Virus record (IMG/VR): IMGVR_UViG_3300031998_000057 | Coordinates: 1 to 64,000 of that record | Length of the DNA: 64,000 nucleotides | Direction: 5' to 3' (one strand) | Source of the DNA: a virus | Taxonomy: Duplodnaviria > Caudoviricetes | Part shown: piece after piece, positions 56,174-64,000 of the stretch | Position numbering within the stretch: the stretch's first letter is position 1 | Layout of the letters: every line of letters begins with the position of its first letter | Position numbers and translations under genes: made by a program | Notes under the pieces: generated by a model | Told to the model about the DNA's origin: nothing | Database searches by the model: none | The model's input: the letters and a program-made list of their open reading frames with translations, nothing else

Positions 56174-57009
56174 CAGTTCTCACCGTCCCCGTGATACTCA
56201 CCGCGCACAAGGCCGAGATAGTCATACACGTCCGTTTCCGTCTGATTAGGCTCTTTCTCGAACTGCGCTTCATAAGGCCCGAAGTCGAAGTCTTCCGGCA
56301 GCTCCGTGGACTCCGGCAGATCGTCGTTTTTCTGCATCGTGCGGAGTATCGCCATCATCGCGTGTTCCTCCGCGTCCACGGTCTCAGGGTAATGCTTGCT
56401 TCTGCACCAGGTAAAAAACGCCTGCATCACGTCGTCCTTCGTCATTTCCATCGTGAGACCGAACTTTTTCCGCAGCGCGTCCACGAAGCCGTCCGGTCTC
56501 TGCTGCGCCGAGGGAAGGATATCGGCCTTCCGCATATTAGAGTCCTTGAGGTTGTCGCGGATCATGGCGTCAAGCTGCTTTGCCATCGCCACAGAGTCCT
56601 TGTCCGCCTTGCGGATGAGCTTGTTGCGCTGCAAGGCCATCATCGCGCAGGTACGGGCCGTATCGTCCTGCTGCCTGTCGATGCCTCCCGTGGCGTCGAG
56701 CTGTGAGGTCATTGTGCGGTACAGATCGTCAAGCTGTCGGTAGTCGCTCTCCGTGTAATCGTCGCCCCACAGCGTCGCCCAACGCTCCTGAGACGGAAGC
56801 CCCGCCAATATAGCAGCGTTCACGTCCTTCTCTCCGTCCGCGAATGTGCTTTCCCCAATGGCGTCGGCATAGACCGTCCAGCTTCCCGCGTCGCTCTCAG
56901 GCTCGTAAGCAACGTCAAAAACGGCGCACATACAGTAAAGCGCCAGGTCGGGGCCGATTGTCTGCGCGAGCCTGCCGTAGCATATTTCTCTGCTGATTTT
57001 ATCGTCCAT
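56173..57009 (-). CDS. putative terminase small subunit / packaging protein
   Basis: Position upstream of terL; W..WG.DY. Confidence 0.45.
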   Translation of the reverse strand: MDDKISREICYGRLAQTIGPDLALYCMCAVFDVAYEPESDAGSWTVYADAIGESTFADGEKDVNAAILAGLPSQERWATLWGDDYTESDYRQLDDLYRTMTSQLDATGGIDRQQDDTARTCAMMALQRNKLIRKADKDSVAMAKQLDAMIRDNLKDSNMRKADILPSAQQRPDGFVDALRKKFGLTMEMTKDDVMQAFFTWCRSKHYPETVDAEEHAMMAILRTMQKNDDLPESTELPEDFDFGPYEAQFEKEPNQTETDVYDYLGLVRGEYHGDGEN

Positions 57010-57015
57010 GTATTC

Positions 57016-57060
57016 ACCGCCTGAAAAAAAGAAATCGCCGCGCCGTGTTCAGCGGCGCGA
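57016..57060 (-). terminator. terminator-like hairpin directly upstream of the late operon
   Basis: TCGCGCCG..CGGCGCG.CGA followed by TTTCTTTTTTT on the minus strand. Confidence 0.55.
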
Positions 57061-57136
57061 CGGTTTCTGGGGTAAAGGGTATTGAGGAAGGAAGCCTAAC
57101 ACAGCATCGTAATGATACCCCGTTTATCGGCAGCAA

Positions 57137-57154
57137 TTCCCAATATAATGGGAA
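57137..57154. repeat. 18-bp palindrome TTCCCA-ATATAA-TGGGAA, copy 2
   Basis: Just after the XRE gene stop. Confidence 0.85.
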
Positions 57155-57162
57155 TACGTCAT

Positions 57163-57390
57163 CTATTTTGTGTTTTCGCGGCAGATCAGGAAATCAACGG
57201 TAACTTCAAAGAAATCGGCAAGCGCAAGGAGTGAGGACATGGTGGGATTGCCCTCGCCCCTTTCATAGAGCGCGATCACGTTTTTGGACAGGCCGCAAAG
57301 CTCGCCGAGGACAAGCCTGCTGATGCCGCGTTTCTCTCTCAGATATTGCAGTCTTGCCGGAAACGTGTCCGGCGGTTTTCTCGTCCCCAT
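57163..57390 (-). CDS. XRE-family HTH regulator
   Basis: RLQYLREKRGISRLVLGELCGLS..YERGE..P..L..LADFF.V..DFL. Confidence 0.85.
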   Translation of the reverse strand: MGTRKPPDTFPARLQYLREKRGISRLVLGELCGLSKNVIALYERGEGNPTMSSLLALADFFEVTVDFLICRENTK

Positions 57391-57447
57391 GCGCGTCTTT
57401 CTCCCCTTTTTGTCGTTGCGCAGACCGCAGGCCCGCGGCAATCCGTC

Positions 57448-57915
57448 TCAGACCTCCGTGATCTCTATGCCGTATTTGTCCCGCATCTGTTTCTTCTTGA
57501 TCTCATAAGTTTTCGTCTTTGTCGCAGAACCTCCCTTTATGTCCTCGACGACATACTGCCCGTCACGGGTATAGTAGGTGAAATCCGCTCGGTAGCGCTC
57601 CGCCCGCACCCGCTTCCCGTCTGGCGTCGTGTATGCCTCGATCAGCGTAAAGTCCTGCTGCAAGCGGAGATCGCGTATTTCTCCGGCAGTCAGCAGCAGC
57701 TTCAAGGTCTCATAGCGTTCCGCCTCTTTCCGGCTGTCGAAGTGAAGCTCGCCCTCACCGCTTTTCACGGTCGTTGGCACGTTGCGGTATTTCCTCTTTT
57801 TTGCCTGCTTCTCTCTTGGCGCTTCCGCTGCGGCTCTCTTGGCCTGCTGTTCAGCCAGCTTCCGAAGGATCTGTTTCTGCGCCCACTCCGGCAAGTCCTT
57901 CGTCTGTATCGCCAT
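57448..57915 (-). CDS. DUF1064 PD-(D/E)XK endonuclease
   Basis: FDSRKEAERY..LQ..F.L..YRADF.Y..VVEDIKG. Confidence 0.8.
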   Translation of the reverse strand: MAIQTKDLPEWAQKQILRKLAEQQAKRAAAEAPREKQAKKRKYRNVPTTVKSGEGELHFDSRKEAERYETLKLLLTAGEIRDLRLQQDFTLIEAYTTPDGKRVRAERYRADFTYYTRDGQYVVEDIKGGSATKTKTYEIKKKQMRDKYGIEITEV

Positions 57916-58222
57916 ACGCACCGCCCCCTTCCGTGGACGTATTCTTGGCCGCTCCACGCGGAAAGCGGAGCCGCTGTATTCCGTTCGGCTTATAAACCAT
58001 TTTCCCGGTTTCAGGGTCTTTGACGGAATATACGGTCTCCGTATACCCCTCATGGAAGCGCCTCTCGATTTCCGCTGGGTTCCATCCGCAGGAGGCGCAG
58101 TTGTAGCCGCAGATAACGTCCGGCTTGCACCACTTCATTTTCCGCGCTGCGTTGTCGAAGTGCTCAAAGCGGCAGGGTGACTTCTCGGCGGGAAGGCGCG
58201 TAAGGCTGCGCCTTTCGATCAT
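57851..58222 (-). CDS. Cys-containing hypothetical protein
   Basis: C..C..CASCGWNP. Confidence 0.55.
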   Translation of the reverse strand: MIERRSLTRLPAEKSPCRFEHFDNAARKMKWCKPDVICGYNCASCGWNPAEIERRFHEGYTETVYSVKDPETGKMVYKPNGIQRLRFPRGAAKNTSTEGGGAYGDTDEGLAGVGAETDPSEAG

Positions 58223-58226
58223 GTAA

Positions 58227-59111
58227 TCACGCACGGCTCTTCCCTCCCAGGATTTCCCTTGCCAACTCGCGCCTCCGCTCTGCAAGGCCGTTTCTGCGGC
58301 TTTCGCCCACGACCTCAAGCGGTATGGCGCACATTTCCAAAACCCTGTCATAGATGCGGCTGCGCATCGGGTCCTCCTCGCGCTCCATGTCTTTCACGTC
58401 CATGTTGGTCGTCACGATCAGCGGCAGGCCGGAGCGGTAGCGGGCGTCGATCACGCTGTAAAGCACTTCGCCGCCGTAACTCGTTTCACGCTCCGCACCA
58501 AGATCGTCCAACACAAGCAGGGAGAAACGGTTCAAATGCTCGATGATCTCCGCCCTTGCCTGTTTCCCCTGCATGGCCTCCACAAGCGTCGCCGTCGTAA
58601 CGACGAGCGTATAAACCGTCTCCGTTTCCGTGATCTCGTTGGCGATGCAGGCCGCGTAAAAGGTCTTTCCCGTCCCCTTGTTCCCGAAAAAGACGATCCC
58701 GACGCCGCCCTGCTTCATTTCGTCCCATTTGGCCGCGTATTTTCGGCAAGTCCGCGCAATTGGCGTATTCGGCGCGTCGTCCTGCGAAAACCGTATGCTC
58801 TCCGTACCGACGGCGGAAAGGCCGTAAGCCTCGCGCATGGCGCGAAGCTTCATCCTGAACTGCTCTCTGCGAAACGTCTCTTTCTCAGTCTCGTAGCGCT
58901 CCTGCTCACAGCGGCACATCACGGGGACGAGCCGCTTTTCCGAAACGCCGTTCTCGTCAGGGAGCCAATCGATCCACGCCTGCCGCGGTTCACCGCATTC
59001 GCCGCAGAAAAGGATGCCGTCTTTCTCGAAATCGTTTTCCTGCCTCTCCGGGACGCGGCTCGCAAGCGCCTCTATCTGCTCAGAGACGAGGCTGCTATAC
59101 TGCGTCATCAT
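58227..59111 (-). CDS. DnaC/IstB-like helicase loader
   Basis: GNKGTGKT, LVLDDLG, IVTTN, RIYDR. Confidence 0.9.
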   Translation of the reverse strand: MMTQYSSLVSEQIEALASRVPERQENDFEKDGILFCGECGEPRQAWIDWLPDENGVSEKRLVPVMCRCEQERYETEKETFRREQFRMKLRAMREAYGLSAVGTESIRFSQDDAPNTPIARTCRKYAAKWDEMKQGGVGIVFFGNKGTGKTFYAACIANEITETETVYTLVVTTATLVEAMQGKQARAEIIEHLNRFSLLVLDDLGAERETSYGGEVLYSVIDARYRSGLPLIVTTNMDVKDMEREEDPMRSRIYDRVLEMCAIPLEVVGESRRNGLAERRRELAREILGGKSRA

Positions 59112-60000
59112 CGAGAAATCCCCCCTTACTGTACTCCTCCGGCTTCTTCACGCTCCTTGACGCCGCAGTGCCGCCGCCTTTCCCGCGCCGCTGCTGGTCT
59201 CGCTCAAACTGCCGTTCCGAGCGTTCCACCTTCTCCAACGTGTCCAAGCCCTCCTGCTCATAACGGCGAAGGATGGCGAGGATATACTTCGGCGTCGTTT
59301 TCCCCTCGTTGAAAGCCGCTTCAATGCCGTGCTTCACGACATCATAGCCAAGCAAGCCCTCAAAATGCGTCAGGGACTCTCCGAAGTACGGCGTTGCGAA
59401 GGTTCCCGCCCCCTGTTCGTAAAACGAGACAAGGGATAATAACTCCTCCCGCACAGGCGCGGGCGCGTTGCTGCTGTTTTCTTTCGTTTTGTTTTCTTTT
59501 GTTTTATTTACTTTTGTTTTAGGGGAATTATTGTCGCTGTTATAGGGGTTATTGCATACATTTAAGGTATTATTGTATACATTAACCTCGGAAACGTCCT
59601 CGTCGTCCCCTAAAAGCCAAAGGGTTTCGTCAAAATCATGCGGTTTTCTTCGCCCTGTCGCACTCATGTATCGGCGTTGGATTCCCTTACTCGTCAACAC
59701 GCCCGCCTCGTCGAATAGCCTTTTATCAAAAAGCCCAATTCGCAAGCAGACGGAAACAACCTGCTTCACAGTTTCGGACCCGATGCCACCGCCCATCCTA
59801 CGCGCTGTAGTGGCCGCATTGGCATAGCTCCAACGGTAAAAGAACCCGTCCGACGCATAAGCTTTCTGACAAAGATAAAAGTAAACGGCAAATCCAGACC
59901 ATCCCTGTGCGTCGATCAGTTCATCAATCTTCGTGTCATTCTCAAAGATATTCGTGTCCCAAGGCGAATAATCAAGTCCTTTCTTTTTCGGCCTCGGCAT
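59095..60000 (-). CDS. replication initiator (DUF4373 plus DnaD-like C-terminus)
   Basis: GLDYSPWD..LTSKGIQRRY; KYILAILRRY..G..TLE. Confidence 0.85.
   Translation of the reverse strand: MPRPKKKGLDYSPWDTNIFENDTKIDELIDAQGWSGFAVYFYLCQKAYASDGFFYRWSYANAATTARRMGGGIGSETVKQVVSVCLRIGLFDKRLFDEAGVLTSKGIQRRYMSATGRRKPHDFDETLWLLGDDEDVSEVNVYNNTLNVCNNPYNSDNNSPKTKVNKTKENKTKENSSNAPAPVREELLSLVSFYEQGAGTFATPYFGESLTHFEGLLGYDVVKHGIEAAFNEGKTTPKYILAILRRYEQEGLDTLEKVERSERQFERDQQRRGKGGGTAASRSVKKPEEYSKGGFLDDDAV
59490..59586. other. putative replication origin inside the initiator gene
   Basis: AT-rich tract plus TTATTG repeats at 59528, 59549 and 59570 (21-bp phasing). Confidence 0.55.
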
Positions 60001-60021
60001 AGCGTTCTCCCTTCAGTTCCT

Positions 60022-60486
60022 TCAATCGTCACTCTCCCACACGTCGGCGTCCTCGTTTGCCCGTTCCGTAATCATTTCCTGCAACTGCGGCAGGGCGGAC
60101 AAGTCGAAGAGGAAGCCGACAAGCGCCTGCGGGACGATGAAATTCACGCGGCATTCGTAGGTGGGATGGATGCCCTTTTTCGTTTTGCTGACTTTTTCCG
60201 TCCACGTCCCGAAAACGAGCACCACATCCCCCTTCTCCATCGCCTGCATAACGATGGTGTTGATCGTGTCGCCGTACCCGGCGCATACAAGGTGCTTTTC
60301 GTTTCGGCCTGCGCCGCGCCCCGTCTTGATGACGAATTTGACGCAGCGCAGGTCCTTGAAGCTGTCCTTCGGCTGCTTGACGATGTTGCCCCATGCGATC
60401 ACGAAGCAGCGCCGCGTCTTTTCATCGTCGCCCTCCTGATACCGCCACCACGGGCCGCGGATATACCCGCCCAGGTTTGCCCCCAT
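60022..60486 (-). CDS. divergent SSB-like OB-fold protein
   Basis: GN....P..F..C..GD.V.V.G. Confidence 0.55.
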   Translation of the reverse strand: MGANLGGYIRGPWWRYQEGDDEKTRRCFVIAWGNIVKQPKDSFKDLRCVKFVIKTGRGAGRNEKHLVCAGYGDTINTIVMQAMEKGDVVLVFGTWTEKVSKTKKGIHPTYECRVNFIVPQALVGFLFDLSALPQLQEMITERANEDADVWESDD

Positions 60487-60523
60487 CGTTTCACCGCCTT
60501 TTGCCGCACGGGATTATAAAAAA

Positions 60524-60981
60524 TCAGCGCAAAACAACCACACAGCCGCTTTCGATGAGATCACACAGTTTCTCCTCAAAATAAGCGGCAATGCGGTCTT
60601 TTGCAGTCAGCGCCCACATACCGCCGTCGGCCTCAAAAAGTCCAACCTCTCCTTCGTCGTTGAGCCGAAGAAGAAATTCGCTTGTCGGCTGTTCAACTTC
60701 GAGGAATGTTCGATAGGGCGTCAGCATAACGCGGGGCTTGATCGCCACCATCGTTTTAAGACTTACGCCACGAGGGTACTCTTGGCCGTAGTGTGAACCA
60801 TGATGGTGCGCCGCTCGTCATCCGGCGTCAGTTCCAAGGTCACGGTCAGCTTGCGCTTGGCCGCCGCCTTTGTGTTCACGTCCATGATGTTGTCGATGAT
60901 ACGGCGCATTTCGTAGTTCACGCGCTCCAAAATCGCGCCTTGGCTCATTTCCAGAATGCTTGTTTCAGTCATTTTGTCCAC
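60524..60981 (-). pseudogene. two truncated conserved phage genes joined by an apparent deletion
   Basis: 72-aa N-terminal fragment ending KSTLVA* followed by a C-terminal fragment RGVSLKTMVAIKPR..FEADGG. Confidence 0.55.
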
Positions 60982-60994
60982 TCCTTTTTTTATA

Positions 60995-61399
60995 TCAGAA
61001 CGGAAGTTCCGAGTCGTCCGCTTCTTCCCAAGCCTCTCCGGGCTTCGGGGCCTGCGCCTGTTCCACGGACGGGCTTGTGGAGGAAGCGGTGGGCATCATA
61101 TGAGACATAACGGTGATAAAATCGGCCTCCACGTTCTCGTAGGTCTTTCCGTTGTACTCATGGGTGCGAAAAACGCCCGCCACAAGGACGTGATCGCCCT
61201 TTTCGAGATATCCGGCCATCCTGCCCGCGCCGCTGTCCGCCCAGGTTTCCACGTTCATGTACTTGCTTTTCCCGTAAGCGACAGAAAAGCGCACTTTATC
61301 GCCCGTTGCCGTTTCCCGAAGTTCAGGGTCACGCGGAAGCTTGCCCGTAAAAAGGATGTTCAGCGTCCCGTCCTTCTCTTTCGTCGAAAAGATGCTCAT
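60995..61399 (-). CDS. ssb: single-stranded DNA-binding protein
   Basis: TGKL.RDPELR..KGD.V.V.G..EY.GK; C-terminal ELPF. Confidence 0.8.
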   Translation of the reverse strand: MSIFSTKEKDGTLNILFTGKLPRDPELRETATGDKVRFSVAYGKSKYMNVETWADSGAGRMAGYLEKGDHVLVAGVFRTHEYNGKTYENVEADFITVMSHMMPTASSTSPSVEQAQAPKPGEAWEEADDSELPF

Positions 61400-61405
61400 A
61401 CCGCG

Positions 61406-62416
61406 TCACTCTCCGAAAAAGCTGGCAACGGGATCGTCCTCGTCAGGCGTCACGTCGATGGCCTTTGCGGGTCTGCCTCTGCGCACGGACTCCTTTTCGG
61501 GTGCAGGCTTCTCGGTTTCTGCGCTCGCGGGCGTGTTTTCTGGGGCCTCGGCGGCTTCGGTCACTTCCGACGCCGTTACTTCAATGACCTCCTCACGCCC
61601 TGCGGCGGCGGGCACGTCGGGAATGAAAATATCCCCTTCGCCGGCCTCGCCGTCCTCGTCGAGAGCGCGGCGGAGCTGGGCGTTGTTGGCCAAGGGTACA
61701 AAGCCGCTGTTCAGCAGCTTGCGGATCACGGTCTTTTTCGCCATAAGATCAAAGTTTCCGTACCACGGGGACTTTTCCTTCAGGTGCTCGGCCTCTTGGG
61801 GGGTCAGCTCACCGCTGTTGAACTTGCGGTAATCGTCGATGTCGAAGCTCTTGGAATACCGCTGCGCGTGGAGTACGATGTCACCGACGCGCATAAACTC
61901 GCTGGCGGAATAGCCGTTTTTGAGGTCAACGTAGAAGTAATAGCCGACGATGGGGTGGTTCTCTTCCTCGTCCTCCGTCTCGTAAACGGAGAAATCGAAC
62001 TCAGGTCTCTTGGTCCGCTTATTCCGCCCCTTGTATTCGCCCTCGCGCACGACGATGGCGTTGGTGTCCGCGACCTCGCCCGTGGCGATCAGCAGGTGAA
62101 GCAGACCTTTGTAACCGATAATGTAACTTGCCCTGTCCCCAAAGGGAACAAGGTGATAGTCCACCCCGTAGGTCAGCCCCATGCCCTCCCCGCGCAGAGC
62201 GGCGGCAACGGTGGTGAATGGGTCGCACTCCCGCAGCTTTTCGTTGGTCGAGACCGCGGAGATCAGCGTCGCGGTCAGCCTCGCGGCGTCCGCCGCCGTA
62301 GGGACGGAGGCGCGGATAAGGGATTGTAGCGCGTTCCCGCGGATCTGCACGGAAAAAGGCTTCTTGTCATCTTTGCTGTTGTTTTTGCTTTTCGTCAGGG
62401 TATTCGTTACTTTCAT
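61406..62416 (-). CDS. recT: RecT-family recombinase
   Basis: YIIGYKGL..L..VREG..MAKKTVIRKL. Confidence 0.85.
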   Translation of the reverse strand: MKVTNTLTKSKNNSKDDKKPFSVQIRGNALQSLIRASVPTAADAARLTATLISAVSTNEKLRECDPFTTVAAALRGEGMGLTYGVDYHLVPFGDRASYIIGYKGLLHLLIATGEVADTNAIVVREGEYKGRNKRTKRPEFDFSVYETEDEEENHPIVGYYFYVDLKNGYSASEFMRVGDIVLHAQRYSKSFDIDDYRKFNSGELTPQEAEHLKEKSPWYGNFDLMAKKTVIRKLLNSGFVPLANNAQLRRALDEDGEAGEGDIFIPDVPAAAGREEVIEVTASEVTEAAEAPENTPASAETEKPAPEKESVRRGRPAKAIDVTPDEDDPVASFFGE

Positions 62417-62727
62417 GCTGTGGTTTCCTCCATTTCCTTTTTGTATTTAATCAATGTCCCGCGGCTCACGTTCAGAGCCGCGCACATTTCACGGTTGCAT
62501 CTTCTGAGCTTCATGGCTTCCCGCAGCAGCTCGCGGTCGATCTCCTTGCGCGGTCTGCCGCGCTTTTTGGCGTTCCAATCACCGCAAACGTCGCAATACG
62601 CCGCGCTGTGCTCGCACATCAGGCAGATTTCGATTTTCTGCTGTGGAAGCCTCTCAAAGAGGTCGGTTTCCGCGTCGATGCTGTCCCACGGCATCACAGC
62701 CCCCCGTGCGCTCTCCGCAAGCGTCAT
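62413..62727 (-). CDS. Cys-containing HTH protein
   Basis: C..C..C..C; GRPRK..NREMCAALNVSRGTL. Confidence 0.6.
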   Translation of the reverse strand: MTLAESARGAVMPWDSIDAETDLFERLPQQKIEICLMCEHSAAYCDVCGDWNAKKRGRPRKEIDRELLREAMKLRRCNREMCAALNVSRGTLIKYKKEMEETTA

Positions 62728-62732
62728 AGAAG

Positions 62733-63617
62733 TCACACCGCCCTTCCGTAGCGTATACCGTTCGCCCGCAGAAACGCGGCAAGCGCCGAAAGCTGCGCCC
62801 TTGTGCATTCCACGCGGAAGCTGACGGTCAGCAGTTCTTCGCTCTCCGGCTCCGCGCTTTCCTCCGGCTCCGCCCAGCTTTCCGAGGTATGCGCCCGCGC
62901 CGCTTCCTCCTCGCGCCTGCGCCGTTCCTCTTCAATCCGCGGCCGCCGCGCAGCTTCTTCCACGCGCCGCCGTTCCTCGCGTTCGCGGGCTTCCTTCAGT
63001 TCTCCGGCCTTCCGCATCACGCGCCCAATGTTGTGGCTGTCCTTGTAATAGTCCAACAGATAGGCCGTGTCCTCGCCGCCCATCGTGCGGATGGAAAGCA
63101 AGCTGTCGGCGGTCTCGTCGAGCGCGTAGTGGATCTCACCAACGGCGGTCTCAAAGGAAAATCCCTTGTTCGCCCACTTCGGATTGACGATGCGCTCCCA
63201 GGGGCAGTAGTCCCGCGCCTCGCCGCTTCCGTAGCGCTCGTACTCCTCGCGGAGCTTCGCAAGTTTCTCGTCGGCCTCGCGCTGCTCAAAAGCCTTCACC
63301 TGTGCGTCAAGGTTGTCACTGCCCTCCTTGCAGATGGCGACCAGCTCCTTGCACTTCGCCTCAAACGCGGCAAGCGGCTCCGTGTAGGCTTTCTTCACGG
63401 TCTTGCGCATTTCGTCAACGCGATCCGCGACCTTGCGGATTTTCGCTCTGTCCTTCTTCGCCTCGGCAATGCCGTCCTCCGTGACGATGACCGACGTGTA
63501 GGGCGCGATCATTTCCGTCAGCGCGGCGCGGCATTCGTCGAAGTTCGCCGTGATTTCCGTGTTCCGCACCACGGCAAGCGCTTCCTGCGCGACCTCAAAG
63601 TTGACCTCATTCTTCAT
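62733..63617 (-). CDS. DUF1351-like protein
   Basis: NFDE..AKKDRAKIRK..RK.VKK.Y.EP..FE. Confidence 0.75.
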   Translation of the reverse strand: MKNEVNFEVAQEALAVVRNTEITANFDECRAALTEMIAPYTSVIVTEDGIAEAKKDRAKIRKVADRVDEMRKTVKKAYTEPLAAFEAKCKELVAICKEGSDNLDAQVKAFEQREADEKLAKLREEYERYGSGEARDYCPWERIVNPKWANKGFSFETAVGEIHYALDETADSLLSIRTMGGEDTAYLLDYYKDSHNIGRVMRKAGELKEAREREERRRVEEAARRPRIEEERRRREEEAARAHTSESWAEPEESAEPESEELLTVSFRVECTRAQLSALAAFLRANGIRYGRAV

Positions 63618-63912
63618 CGCCAATGACATCGGCCTCCCATTCGTAATAAACTTTCTTCCCGCAATAGCGGGCGATCTGCACCTCAATAAGCGCCCCAGGC
63701 GACTTGTCCCAGCCGTCGAGCAGATAAATGCCGTCAGCCGCGAGCAACATCGGTACGCAGACGCCCATGTACTGCGTGTTGTTCATGTCACCTGGCAGAA
63801 AGGCCGGGTTGAGAACCGTATGTCCCTGCCTGATAAGCTTCACGGTCGCGCTGATAAACTGCTTTTTGTACTTTTCGTTCCCCGTGATCTTCCCCGCAAC
63901 GTAAAGTCTCAT
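63607..63912 (-). CDS. DUF4406 (nucleoside deoxyribosyltransferase-like) protein
   Basis: LYVAGKITG..NPA..YM..ML..DGIYLL.GW..S.GA..E. Confidence 0.8.
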   Translation of the reverse strand: MRLYVAGKITGNEKYKKQFISATVKLIRQGHTVLNPAFLPGDMNNTQYMGVCVPMLLAADGIYLLDGWDKSPGALIEVQIARYCGKKVYYEWEADVIGDEE

Positions 63913-64000
63913 GTTCCTCTGAATATCCTCCTTCCGATTACAGCACCAAACGCATCGGCGGCATGACGCCGCGATCAACGTAGCCCTTCCAAAACTGCTG

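Larger units (their letters stand above)
1..64000. mobile_element. Bacteriophage genome segment (siphovirus-like, Clostridia-type host inferred)
   Basis: Terminase, portal, capsid, tape measure, tail, endolysin/holin, RecT/SSB/DnaC and tyrosine recombinase; no housekeeping genes. Confidence 0.95.

Overview
The whole 64 kb window is bacteriophage DNA with no host genes and no visible att junction. It looks like a long-tailed temperate or plasmid-like phage of a Clostridia-type Firmicute, judged from GGAGG RBSs and RpoD/RpoA-like domains. Four blocks: (1) 1-10.3 kb, minus strand: DNA-modification and nucleotide genes (PAPS-reductase-like, dUTPase, DUF1599, Lar, Mom-like, N4/N6 MTase plus SNF2 helicase, phage Dam), a sigma4-alphaCTD fusion gene and a ~1.2 kb cluster of tRNAs and tRNA-like RNAs. 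(2) 10.3-12.2 kb: a non-coding strand-skew switch and an ECF-like sigma gene with a perfect sigmaA promoter. (3) 12.2-26.2 kb, plus strand: about 35 small early-type genes in terminator-promoter cassettes, ending with a tyrosine recombinase. (4) 26.3-64 kb, minus strand: tail, lysis, head, terminase and replication/recombination genes. Most notable is an apparent self-contained transcription programme. Two phage proteins built from RNA-polymerase parts (ECF-like sigma; sigma4-alphaCTD) co-occur with three repeated cis-motifs: GGTAGCC-N16-GTTTGGT (10 copies), CCGTCC-N13-TATAAT (4 copies) and an identical 18-bp palindrome before two late operons. Also notable: mom and dam are both frameshifted in poly-G tracts (phase variation or homopolymer error), and several tRNA bodies have remodelled anticodon arms. 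All family assignments come from motif recognition by eye; no searches were run.
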